Shown one piece after another: positions 1 to 10,800 of a stretch of DNA of 64,000 nt. Position 1 is the first letter of the stretch. Each line of letters starts with the position of its first letter. Source of the DNA: Octopus sinensis (lineage: Eukaryota); assembly GCF_006345805.1 (NCBI RefSeq), contig NC_042997.1, forward strand, positions 206,770,001-206,834,000. The letters run 5' to 3'. Made by a program: the position numbers and the translations under genes. The notes below the pieces were generated by a model. It made no database searches. It saw only the letters and a list, made by a program, of their open reading frames with translations, and was not told the DNA's origin.

Positions 1-1
1 G

Positions 2-724
2 GAGGAGGACCGCATCAGTGATCTTGAAATATTAGAAGGCTCTCGGTGTGAAAGTATAGAAGCTCTTGTGTTAAAGCAAAGGCTCAAATGGAGTGGTCAT
101 CTGGTCAGGATGAAGGATTCAAGGATGCCAAAACAACTCTTTTATGGAGAGTTAGCTAAAGGAGAACGACTTCCACATAAACCAAAAAAGAGGTATAAGG
201 ACTTGCTAAAGGCTTCCTTCAGAGATGCTAGCATCTCTCCTGACACATGGGAAGGCATAACTATTGATTGTAGCAGGTGGAGAAGGATTGTACATGAGGG
301 GACAGCCACTTTTCAGAAATCTCGAGTTGCACATGAGAAAGTAAGGAGGGATGTCAGGAAGGGCATCGCTGTAGCACTTTCAGATGGGAAGGGTCTTCCT
401 ATGATGCTGACATGCAGTGTCTGTGCAAGACCCTGCCTCAGTAAAGCTGGACTCAAGAGTCATCTTTGTAGTCATAAAGCGAGACAGATGAGTGACAACT
501 TGGCCATTGGTGGTGGTGTAACACACCATACTAATCATATCTGTCGGGCATGTGGAAGAGAGTGTAACTCGGCAGGAGGACTTAAACGACATGCAAAGGT
601 ACATGAAGCCCAGTTACAACTACACCCGGCTATTACCAGTAAAGGTTTTAGTTGCCAATTCTGTACAAGACATTGTAGATCTTTGGCTGGGCTAAAAAGT
701 CACATTCGATCACAGCACCGATAA
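2..724 (+). mobile_element. 3' end of an RTE-clade LINE ORF (post-RT region plus three C2H2 zinc fingers); frame open from the window edge
   Basis: Frame from nt 2 reads EEDRISDLEILEGSRCESIEALVLKQRLKWSGHLVRMKDSRMPKQLFYGELAKGERLPHKPKKRYKD, the typical RTE/BovB post-RT signature (LRWxGHxxRM...RxPKxxFYGEL...PKKRxKD). It is followed by CSVC..SH..H, CRAC..RH..H and CQFC..SH...H fingers. Confidence 0.85.
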
Positions 725-774
725 CAGTTAAGCTTTGTGCAATGGCCATACTCGATAACGAGGGGGCAGCCATC

Positions 775-1003
775 ATGTATGTATGCGTGTATGTATGTAT
801 GCATGTATGTATGTATGTATGCATGTGTATGTATGTATGTGTGTATATATATATCTATGTATGTATGCATGTATATATGCATGTGTATGTATGTTTATAT
901 ATGCATGTGTATGTATGCATGCGTGTATGTATGCATGTGTATGTATGTGTGAGTGTGTGTGTGTGAGTGTATGTACGTATACAAGTACGTTTTTATGTAT
1001 GTA
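775..1003 (+). repeat. (TATG)n/(TG)n microsatellite, probably the 3' tail of the RTE element
   Basis: Degenerate ATGT repeats start about 50 nt after the ORF stop. RTE elements characteristically end in short tandem repeats. Confidence 0.75.
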
Positions 1004-1399
1004 AGTTTTGTTCCTGTTCCTCTTCAGCAATTCCAAGCCGGTTGCTTATGAATTGACAAGAGTTTTTGAGTTAAAAGAGTTCCCAGCGTTTGTAAATGTG
1101 TGGTTGAGTTGGAGTGCAGATTGAACTCTTGATACCCAGACTCAAGCACGTGCATCTATTCAACTAAAAAATCTCTGATGGTAAATCTTTGGAATGTCTT
1201 ACAAAATCTTCCCTGTGCCATGCAGAGATCGGATTTTGGAGGTCTCTTTTGATCTTTCTTCGGAAAAGCCTAAAATTTCCAGGTGGTTGTGTAAGTGTGT
1301 AAGCACATAGCCTAATGCACCTATGGTCATAGGTACAAACGAGAATTTATAGTCAGGGTAGAAGCAGTGAAGAAGATGTTTTCCAAAGTTCTACAGCGT

Positions 1400-3410
1400 G
1401 ATGGTCAGACTTGAGGTATACTGGATTGCGAGACAGTGTGTCAGAGAAAAACGGGATATTGTAGGAGAGAAATGTGAGTGGATGGATAATGGTATGCTTG
1501 CACTCAGTGATGTGGACAAGAGAGAAGCGTGGAAAAGTTACTATGCCAGACTGTTGAATGTAGAGAACGAATGGGATAAAGGGAGTCTCCCTCATGTGAT
1601 CCCAACAGATGGACTGGCTATCCTAGTGGACAGTGGTGTGATAGAGAAGGCAATTAAAAACATGAAAACATGGGAAAGCCCCAGTTCCAACCAGAATCAT
1701 AGCAGAGACGCTCAAAATAAGGCAGGTTATGGGCTTGTCCCCTACATTAGTTAATTAAGTCATTGAGGAAGGTGTAATACCCAGTGACTGGCATTGCAGC
1801 ATCATTGTTAGCTGCTACAAGGATAGATTGAAGCAATTACAGAAGCATCAACTCCTGGACCAGGTGAAGAAAATTACATAGAGAGTTATGGCCCAGAATT
1901 TGGCTTGACCAAATGCAGTTCAGCTTTGTCCAACGAAGAATCAATTCTGATGCTATTTTCATAATCAGGTAATTTCAAGAGAAGAATAAAACATTATAAT
2001 TGGCATCTGTTTATTTAGAGGAATCTTTCGATAGAGTGCCCTGCTGTGTGATACGGTGGGCTCTGAGGAGGATAGTGATAGATGAGTGACTGGTGAAAGC
2101 TGTACAGACCGTGCACAAAGAAACCAAGAGTACGGCAAAGAATTAGGTGTAGAGGTAGGAGTTCATCAAGGCTCAGTCCTTAGTATCCCCTCCTTTTCAT
2201 CATTGTCCTCCAGGCCACCTACGTAGGTAGCCCTGTTCAATTTGTAGTAAAAGTGTAAGGGTGAGCTCTCTATGGTGTGTCCAGTGAAAGCTATGGTCAC
2301 ACAAGAGGTGCAGTAGGTTAATTGGAAGGTTTTCGGATATAGAAGATGTGCAGGGTCCATCAAAACTTTAGCGACCTGGGAAATTGAGATTCTCAAATGC
2401 CCTGGTGGCACCTTAGTGTTAGTAGATAATCTCTGAGACCTACGGGACCAAATTAGTAATAGGGGAGGATGCACAGAAAGTGTAATAGCTAGAATAAGAA
2501 TAGGATGGAGGAAATTCAGAGAGCTGTTACCTGTATTGGCCACGAAAGGTTTCTCTGTTTCAAAGAATGATTGTATGATACATGTATACAAACAACAATT
2601 ATACATGGTAGTGAGATGTGGGCCCTGAATGAAAAGGACATGTGAAGGTTAGAGAGGAATGAGGCTAGTATGCTCTGCCAGGTGTGTAATGTAAGTGTAC
2701 ATTTTCTACAGAGTGCCAGTATTCTGAGAGAGAAGTTAGGCATAAGAGGAATTGGTTGCTGTGTGCAAGAGAAGACTGTGCTGGTTTGGTTATGTGATGC
2801 AGGTCGATGCCAACAGCTCCATAAAAAAGTGCATTTCTCTCAAAGTGGATGGAGGACCCAGGAAGACATGGAATGAAGTGCTGATGAACGACCTCAAGAT
2901 GCTGAACCTTTCAGGTGAGATGACAAAGGACCGAGATACCTGGCACCTGGCCTCAGTCAAAAGCCTACTACCTTGTAACAGAAGTTTTAAGACCAATCCT
3001 TCTAGTAGCATGCAGCAATCGCTGGGGTATTATGTGAAAGCGCTCACATGGTACCACTTAAAAGTGCCCATGAAGCAATACATAAAAGCACTTGTGCAGT
3101 GCCACGTAAAAGCATCATTTCATGTAAAGCGCTCATGCATTGTCAGGTAAAGCGTCCGTATGGCGTTACATAAAAGTGCCGTTGTGGTGTCACCTAAAAG
3201 AGCCCGTGTGGTGTCAGGTAAAAGCTTCCATGTGGGGCCAGTGGTAAAAGCAATCAGCAAAGTCTGCGAAGTGTTAGGAAGGGCATCCAATCATAGAAAC
3301 CAAGCCAAATCCAACTGGAGCCTGGTGCAGCCCACATCCCAGCTTGCGAGCTCGGGTCACACCTCCAATGATTGCCAACATGGACAAATGACATTAAAGG
3401 ATGTTCATAA
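1400..3410 (+). mobile_element. Degenerate RTE LINE (RT region and 3' UTR); partial copies at 7864-9707 and 14161-16005
   Basis: Fragmented frames read REAWKSYYARLLNVENEWDK, HGSEMWALNEKDMRRLERNEASML, LREKLGIRGI and GGPRKTWNEV. They are homologous to the younger RTE at 23408-26853 and carry many stops and frameshifts. Confidence 0.85.
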
Positions 3411-3727
3411 TGTTGATTCAATACATAGAACACCAACCCCAATACCAATCCACTGAACTCTTTAGAGAGCTTTCGCACAAAATAGGCCAACAGCAGCAGC
3501 AAAACATGCAGCTGAGATCAGATAATCCCATTTCTCAGATTACAAAATGTTGGGACACACAAAGACTATGACAGCTGAGTCATCATGACTATAGAGAGAA
3601 TTGATTACAAAGAGGAAAACAACAACAGCAGCAACAAGCATAGAAAGAAGAACAGCAACAACAATAAAGAGATCAGGGTTAGAGGAGAAAACCAGGTCAG
3701 TGAAAATTACGACAAAGACAACAGAAG

Positions 3728-4160
3728 CTGTCAGAATCCATCCACATCACATGACCAAACCAGCACAGTCACCCCCTTTGCACACAGCAACAAATTCCCT
3801 TTCCTGCCTAACTTCTCTCTCAGAACACTGGCACTCTGTCGAATAAGTACACTTACATTACACATCCAGTGGAGCAGACTAACCTCATTCTTTTCTAACC
3901 TTCGTATGTCCTCTGCATTCAGGGCTCACGTCTCACTACCGTGTGGAGTAATTATCTCTCTCTGAGGCACACAAGTGCTAGGGATATAAAAAAGCACCCA
4001 GTAAACTCTGCAAATGTTATTGCATTAAGAAGGGCATCACGTCGTAGAAATCCCACCAAAGCAGATACTGAAGTGCAATGCAGTCCTTGCAGCCACTGGA
4101 TCCTATCAAACTGTCCAACCCAGCCTGGAGAAAGGATGCTACATAACGATGATGACAAGA
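3728..4160. mobile_element. RTE fragment: inverted coding piece (3728-3955, minus) followed by a plus-strand 3' UTR/tail piece; repeated in each 6.3 kb unit
   Basis: The minus strand encodes a degenerate HGSET..ALNAEDIRRLEKNEVSLLHWMCNVS..LREKLG. The plus piece has the aagaagggcatc..gtagaaa..gatgatgac tail motif. Confidence 0.6.
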
Positions 4161-4424
4161 AGATCATGGTGATATATAACCAAGGAAGTTAGAAGCAGAT
4201 GCACAAACACACATCACTAATTGCACAGCTACCCATAGCAGAAACAACTGTAAGCCAATGAAGTTGATTTAGAAATTAGTGTTCCTTTATCTTTACTTCT
4301 ATTAATTTCTTATATTAATTCATATATATATATATATATACATATATATACTAGCAGAGACACCTACCTAGCATTGCTTGGGATTAAAATGGTACAGATT
4401 TTTATTGTTTTACATGTTTTAGTA

Positions 4425-4610
4425 ACATGACTCCAGCCATGCTGGAGCACCACCTTAAAGTTGAAGAAATCAACTACAGGATTTATTCTTTGTAAGCCTA
4501 GTACTTAGTCTATCGGTGTACTTTGACAAATAGCTAAGTTATGGGGATATAAGCACAGTAAAATCGGTTGTCAATCAATGGTGGGGGTAGAAACACAGAC
4601 ACACACACAT
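4425..4610 (-). mobile_element. 3' part of a cephalopod tRNA-derived SINE (same family as 27290-27660); repeated in each unit
   Basis: The reverse complement matches the ...aagtactaggcttacaaagaataa...ggtgctccagcatggc portion of the copy at 27290. Confidence 0.7.
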
Positions 4611-4647
4611 ATTCATATATATACAGACACACATATATATATATACA

Positions 4648-5426
4648 TCTATAATATAAATCCCTTTCTGTGTGTGTAAAAGATTATAACGGCCGTATTT
4701 TTCAACTGATTTTCCCCAAACTGTGAACATACATTACTTATGTTCCAGGTGTGGCGTCAGACTCTTAAAATTCTTCAAATAATGAGTAATGGGCTCCTTG
4801 GAAGCAGAAAATACCCATCCCTGGGTTATGTTGATAAGGGACACAACTCTTTGTGAAGTAAGTTTCAGAAATTGATTGTATCTTTCCGCAGCTGTCTCAC
4901 AGAGACATTCTTTTGGCTGACCTTGACATTGCAGACAAATTTGACACTTTCCTTCTAGGCATGGTTACATAAGTATACAGAAATACACAGGTGCAGAAGA
5001 TAGTAAACAATGAAAATAACTGGGTAACAGACAGAAAGTAAATAAGAAACTTCTACGGAAAATAAAGAATTGTACAGGTTGAACCGAAATTTGTCAGTGA
5101 ACCAGAGTCAATATCAAAGGAACAAGAAAAAAGCACTAGAGTTTCCATTGGTGCAATGACAACTGAGTGCAAGCATTGTAAAGCAAGGAAGTGGCCTGGA
5201 GAGACACTTGCACTGTGCTGCAGGGGTGGAAATGTTAAACTCCCTGCAATCCCCCAACCCCCAGAGTCATTTAAGAAACTGTTTTCATTAATTGCCAAGA
5301 TTCCAAGATTTCCAAAACAGAATTAGACAATACAACGGTGCATTACAGGTGACATCATTTGGAGCCACAAGAGATTTAACTGAGCCAGGATTCATGCAAA
5401 CTTTCAAGGTCCAAGGTCAGATTTAT
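4648..5426 (+). mobile_element. Helitron 5' terminus and N-terminal Rep/Hel coding fragment; copies at 10945-11723 and 17243-18021
   Basis: Begins A|TCTATAATATAAAT. About 5140-5425 translates (one frameshift) to IGAMTTECKHCKARKWPGETLALCCRGGNVKLPAIPQPPESFKKLF...FQNRIRQYNGALQVTSFGAT..EPGFMQTFKVQGQIY, matching the Helitron Rep/Hel N-terminal pattern CxxC..W..E..CC..G.V.LP..IRxYN..TSFGA..FKVQGQ. Confidence 0.85.
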
Positions 5427-7200
5427 CTTTGGCTAGGTATTTCTCCTGCAGTTGCTTTACCAGAAATATAACATCAGTGGTGCTTCTGCCTGGCACAAAA
5501 CCAAACTGCATCTCATCTAGACTAACTCTCTCGCTAATCAGTTGGGCTATGACCCTCTCTGTAACTTTCATCACCCGATCCAATAATTTGATACCGCTGT
5601 AGTTATTTCTAGCAAAAGCATCACTTTTCCCCTTGTAGCAGTTGACTATGGTGCTGCTACACCAGTCATTGGGTATGACTCCTTCATAAACAACCTGATT
5701 TACGGTATGGGTGACAAGACCATAACCCACGTCACCAGATATGTTAAGCATCTCAGCAGTGATTCCTGATGGGCCGGGGGATTTTCCTGTCTCCATATCC
5801 TTAATTGCGTTATCTACCAGGGTACTGTCGATTTGGGTAGCTCGTCCCTCTACTGGGTCAACCTTTGACAGACTCTCTTCCTCCCATTCATTCTCCACAT
5901 TCAGTACTCTTTTACAATGGCATCTCCAAGCCTCTTTCTTTGCAGAATCATTAAACACAAGGACTCCATCATCCATGCAAACACATTTCTCTTCTATGAC
6001 ATCACGGTTTTCTCTCACACACTGTCTTGCAATCCGAAATACTTCAGTTCTTTAGTTCTCACCTTGCTGAACATTGGCAAACTTCTTCTTTTCTGCTACT
6101 CCTTGGCTATATACACCTGTCTCTTAGTTTCCCTTTTTGGCTATCTGATACAGTCTCCTGCTACCCCCACTCTTACAGGCCTTCCAAGCCTGTCTCTTTG
6201 CTCTTATAGACCTGTCTACAATAATGTTCCACCACCATGTTACCCTAGGTCTGGAAGGGACTTTGCACCAGTGCCACAGATTTGGCCTGTGGTGCTCAGC
6301 AAACAGACTTGCAGGAATTCCCAGCTGCCTTCTACGTCACAGGACTGCAGCTCCTCCACCCTCTCATCAGATTTCTCAGTGACAATGTCCCTAAATATCT
6401 GACCATGTGAAGGGTTCTTAAGCTTCCAAATTCTTCTTTCCAGATTGATCTGCTTTTTGGCATCCTTCTGGCCTCAAGTCTGAAGTCACTAATAACGAGT
6501 CTATGCTGTGGGGTACATTCTTCACCAGGGAGGGTCTTTGTATTTAAAAGCAGCCATGTATCCCGCTGTCTCATGAGAATGAAATCAATCTGGCAAGCAG
6601 AGTTATCCGATTCATAGGTTATCATGTGGCTGGCTGGCTTCCTGAAGTTGGTGTTGCAGATCAATAGGTTATTTGCATCACAGAACTCCAGGAGCCTAGT
6701 TCCCTCTTCATTTCTGGTACAAACTCCATGGCTGCCATGTACACCATGGTAGATACCAGGTTGCTGTCCAACATGCCCATTAAAATTCCAGTCACAAAGA
6801 TGAAATCATTGTCACTCGTCTTTGAGGTAGCCTGCAGAAGAATATCATAAAAGTGATCTTTCTGTTCATTTGGTTGACCCACTTGTGGAGCGTAGGCAGA
6901 GATAATTGTAGCTATACCATTTTGTAAGCTGTTTAAGCACTCTGTCGTACACCCTCACTACTTCTATGACCTTATCCATCCATTTCTCTTCAAGAAGTAT
7001 GCCCACACCTCCTATTCCATCACTGTTACCTTTCCAAAAGAGTTTATACCTATGTTCTTTGCTTGTGAGGACTCTGGCTGAAGCTCCTCTCCACCTTACC
7101 TCTTGTACGCAACATACATCAACATGTCTCCATTCAAGCATCTCTACAATTGCACTAGACTTACCTTTCAATGTACCTACATTTACAGTGCCAACTCTGA
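5422..7200 (-). mobile_element. Degenerate RTE LINE, APE domain to first half of RT, 3' part missing; copies at 11719-13497 and 18017-19795
   Basis: Minus-strand fragments read RVGTVNVGTLKGKSSAIVEMLEWRHVDVCCVQEVRW (APE start), ICNTNFRKP..QIDFIL, and KSPGPSGITAEML..NYSGIKLLD..QFGFVPGRSTTDVIFLVKQLQEKY (RT). Confidence 0.9.
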
Positions 7201-7863
7201 AAACTGGGAAAGAGATATGGGAGGTAACACAGGAAGGAGAGATACCACTCCTACCATTACCACTACTACTACTTCAGTTAGTGAAAACCCATTCCTTTCT
7301 TCCCCCCATCCCACTGTCCACTTTAATATGAATTCATGCCTCACTGTTCCATGATAAATCTTCCAACTGTAAATAAAGCAAAATTTATGAACACACAAAA
7401 CCCCAGAATATACCATTGTTCTCAACATGAGAGACTATGCATATGCACTGATGGCAACTTCACCCATTTGCCTGTGACAAGACACAGCATTCATACAAGC
7501 AACACCCTCCAATGCCAAAGCACACATCTTACACCACCACCACCACCACCAAATACCAAATCAAACTTTGTTGTTTCTACACATGTAACATGGAAAATTA
7601 AAATCTGCTGCTTTTCCCAACATAAAAGATTATTTCTGATGTGCAACACTCACTTCACTCATCTTCCAGGAACTCAATGCATGACACCAAACCACCAACA
7701 AAACCATAATTGAAACATCCCTAATAGTGACAGCGTTGGTCCAGACTTTCATGGAAACTCAGAAATCACCCAGATATCTGCTGGGTACAATAGTAAAATC
7801 AACAGCCGCAAACAGTATAACTCTAAGCATATTTAACAGTGCAACCATACCAACTCCATGGGA

Positions 7864-10800
7864 AACGAATGGGATAAAGGGAGTCTCCCTCATGTGATCC
7901 CAACAGATGGACTGGCTATCCTAGTGTACAGTGGTGTGATAGAGAAGGCAATTAAAAACATGAAAACATGGGAAAGCCCCAGTTCCAACCAGAATCACAG
8001 CAGAGACGCTCAAAATAAGGCAGGTTATGGGCTTGTCCCCTACATTAGTTAATTAAGTCATTGAGGAAGGTGTAATACCCAGTGACTGGCATTGCAGCAT
8101 CATTGTTAGCTGCTACAAGGATAGATTGAAGCAATTACAGAAGCATCAACTCCTGGACCAGGTGAAGAAAATTACATAGAGAGTTATGGCCCAGAATTTG
8201 GCTTGACGAAATGCAGTTCAGCTTTGTCCAACGAAGAATCAATTCTGATGCTATTTTCATAATCAGGCAATTTCAAGAGAAGAATAAAACATTATAATTG
8301 GCATCTGTTTATTTAGAGGAATCTTTCGATAGAGTGCCCCGCTGTGTGATACGGTGGGCTCTGAGGAGGATAGGGATAGACGAGTGACTGGTGAAAGCTG
8401 TACAGACCGTGCACAAAGACACCACGAGTATGGCAAAGAATTAGGTGTAGAGGTAGGAGTTCATCAAGGCTCAGTCCTTAGTATCCCCTCCTTTTCATCA
8501 TTGTCCTCCAGGCCACCTACGTAGGTAGCCCTGTTCAATTTGTAGTAAAAGTGTAAGGGTGAACTCTCTATGGTGTGTCCAGTGAAAGCTATGGTCACAC
8601 AAGAGGTGCAGTAGGTTAATTGGAAGGTTTTCGGATATAGAAGATGTGCAGGGTCCATCAAAACTTTAGCGACCTGGGAAATTGAGATTCTCAAATGCCC
8701 TGGTGGCACCTTAGTGTTAGTAGATAATCTCTGAGACCTACGGGACCAAATTAGTAATAGGGGAGGATGCACAGAAAGTGTAATAGCTAGAATAAGAATA
8801 GGATGGAGGAAATTCAGAGAGCTGTTACCTGTATTGGCCACGAAAGGTTTCTCTGTTTCAAAGAATGATTGTATGATACATGTATACAAACAACAATTAT
8901 ACATGGTAGTGAGATGTGGGCCCTGAATGAAAAGGACATGCGAAGGTTAGAGAGGAATGAGGCTAGTATGCTCTGCCAGGTGTGTAATGTAAGTGTACAT
9001 TTTCTACAGAGTGCCAGTATTCTGAGAGAGAAGTTAGGCATAAGAGGAATTGGTTGCTGTGTGCAAGAGAAGACTGTGCTGGTTTGGTTATGTGATGCAG
9101 GTCGATGCCAACAGCTCCATAAAAAGTGCATTTCTCTCAAAGTGGATGGAGGACCCAGGAAGACATGGAATGAAGTGCTGATGAACGACCTCAAGATGCT
9201 GAACCTTTCAGGTGAGATGACAAAGGACCGAGATACCTGGCACCTGGCCTCAGTCAAAAGCCTACTACCTTGTAACAGAAGTTTTAAGACCAATCCTTCT
9301 AGTAGCATGCAGCAATCGCTGGGGTATTATGTGAAAGCGCTCACATGGTACCACTTAAAAGTGCCCATGAAGCAATACATAAAAGCACTTGTGCAGTGCC
9401 ACGTAAAAGCATCATTTCATGTAAAGCGCTCATGCATTGTCAGGTAAAGCGTCCGTATGGCGTTACATAAAAGTGCCGTTGTGGTGTCACCTAAAAGAGC
9501 CCGTGTGGTGTCAGGTAAAAGCTTCCATGTGGGGCCAGTGGTAAAAGCAATCAGCAAAGTCTGCGAAGTGTTAGGAAGGGCATCCAATCATAGAAACCAA
9601 GCCAAATCCAACTGGAGCCTGGTGCAGCCCACATCCCAGCTTGCGAGCTCGGGTCACACCTCCAATGATTGCCAACATGGACAAATGACATTAAAGGATG
9701 TTCATAATGTTGATTCAATACATAGAACACCAACCCCAATACCAATCCACTGAACTCTTTAGAGAGCTTTCGCACAAAATAGGCCAACAGCAGCAGCAAA
9801 ACATGCAGCTGAGATCAGATAATCCCATTTCTCAGATTACAAAATGTTGGGACACACAAAGACTATGACAGCTGAGTCATCATGACTATAGAGAGAATTG
9901 ATTACAAAGAGGAAAACAACAACAGCAGCAACAAGCATAGAAAGAAGAACAGCAACAACAATAAAGAGATCAGGGTTAGAGGAGAAAACCAGGTCAGTGA
10001 AAATTACGACAAAGACAACAGAAGCTGTCAGAATCCATCCACATCACATGACCAAACCAGCACAGTCACCCCCTTTGCACACAGCAACAAATTCCCTTTC
10101 CTGCCTAACTTCTCTCTCAGAACACTGGCACTCTGTCGAATAAGTACACTTACATTACACATCCAGTGGAGCAGACTAACCTCATTCTTTTCTAACCTTC
10201 GTATGTCCTCTGCATTCAGGGCTCACGTCTCACTACCGTGTGGAGTAATTATCTCTCTCTGAGGCACACAAGTGCTAGGGATATAAAAAAGCACCCAGTA
10301 AACTCTGCAAATGTTATTGCATTAAGAAGGGCATCACGTCGTAGAAATCCCACCAAAGCAGATACTGAAGTGCAATGCAGTCCTTGCAGCCACTGGATCC
10401 TATCAAACTGTCCAACCCAGCCTGGAGAAAGGATGCTACATAACGATGATGACAAGAAGATCATGGTGATATATAACCAAGGAAGTTAGAAGCAGATGCA
10501 CAAACACACATCACTAATTGCACAGCTACCCATAGCAGAAACAACTGTAAGCCAATGAAGTTGATTTAGAAATTAGTGTTCCTTTATCTTTACTTCTATT
10601 AATTTCTTATATTAATTCATATATATATATATATATACATATATATACTAGCAGAGACACCTACCTAGCATTGCTTGGGATTAAAATGGTACAGATTTTT
10701 ATTGTTTTACATGTTTTAGTAACATGACTCCAGCCATGCTGGAGCACCACCTTAAAGTTGAAGAAATCAACTACAGGATTTATTCTTTGTAAGCCTAGTA

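Larger units (their letters stand above)
1566..7858. repeat. 6.3 kb tandem segmental repeat, copy 1
   Basis: The ORF track and sequence recur at offsets of 6298/6297 bp. The unit starts aacgaatgggataaagggagt and ends gcaaccataccaactcca. Confidence 0.97.

Noticed and set aside
700-1036. Cys/Met/Tyr- or His/Thr-rich ORFs
   Set aside because: These are translations of the (TATG)n microsatellite in several frames.
3585-3965. 126 aa Asn/Lys-rich ORF as a host gene triplicated with the unit
   Set aside because: It is a low-complexity AAC-rich stretch running into the antisense strand of an RTE fragment, with no domain or splice support.
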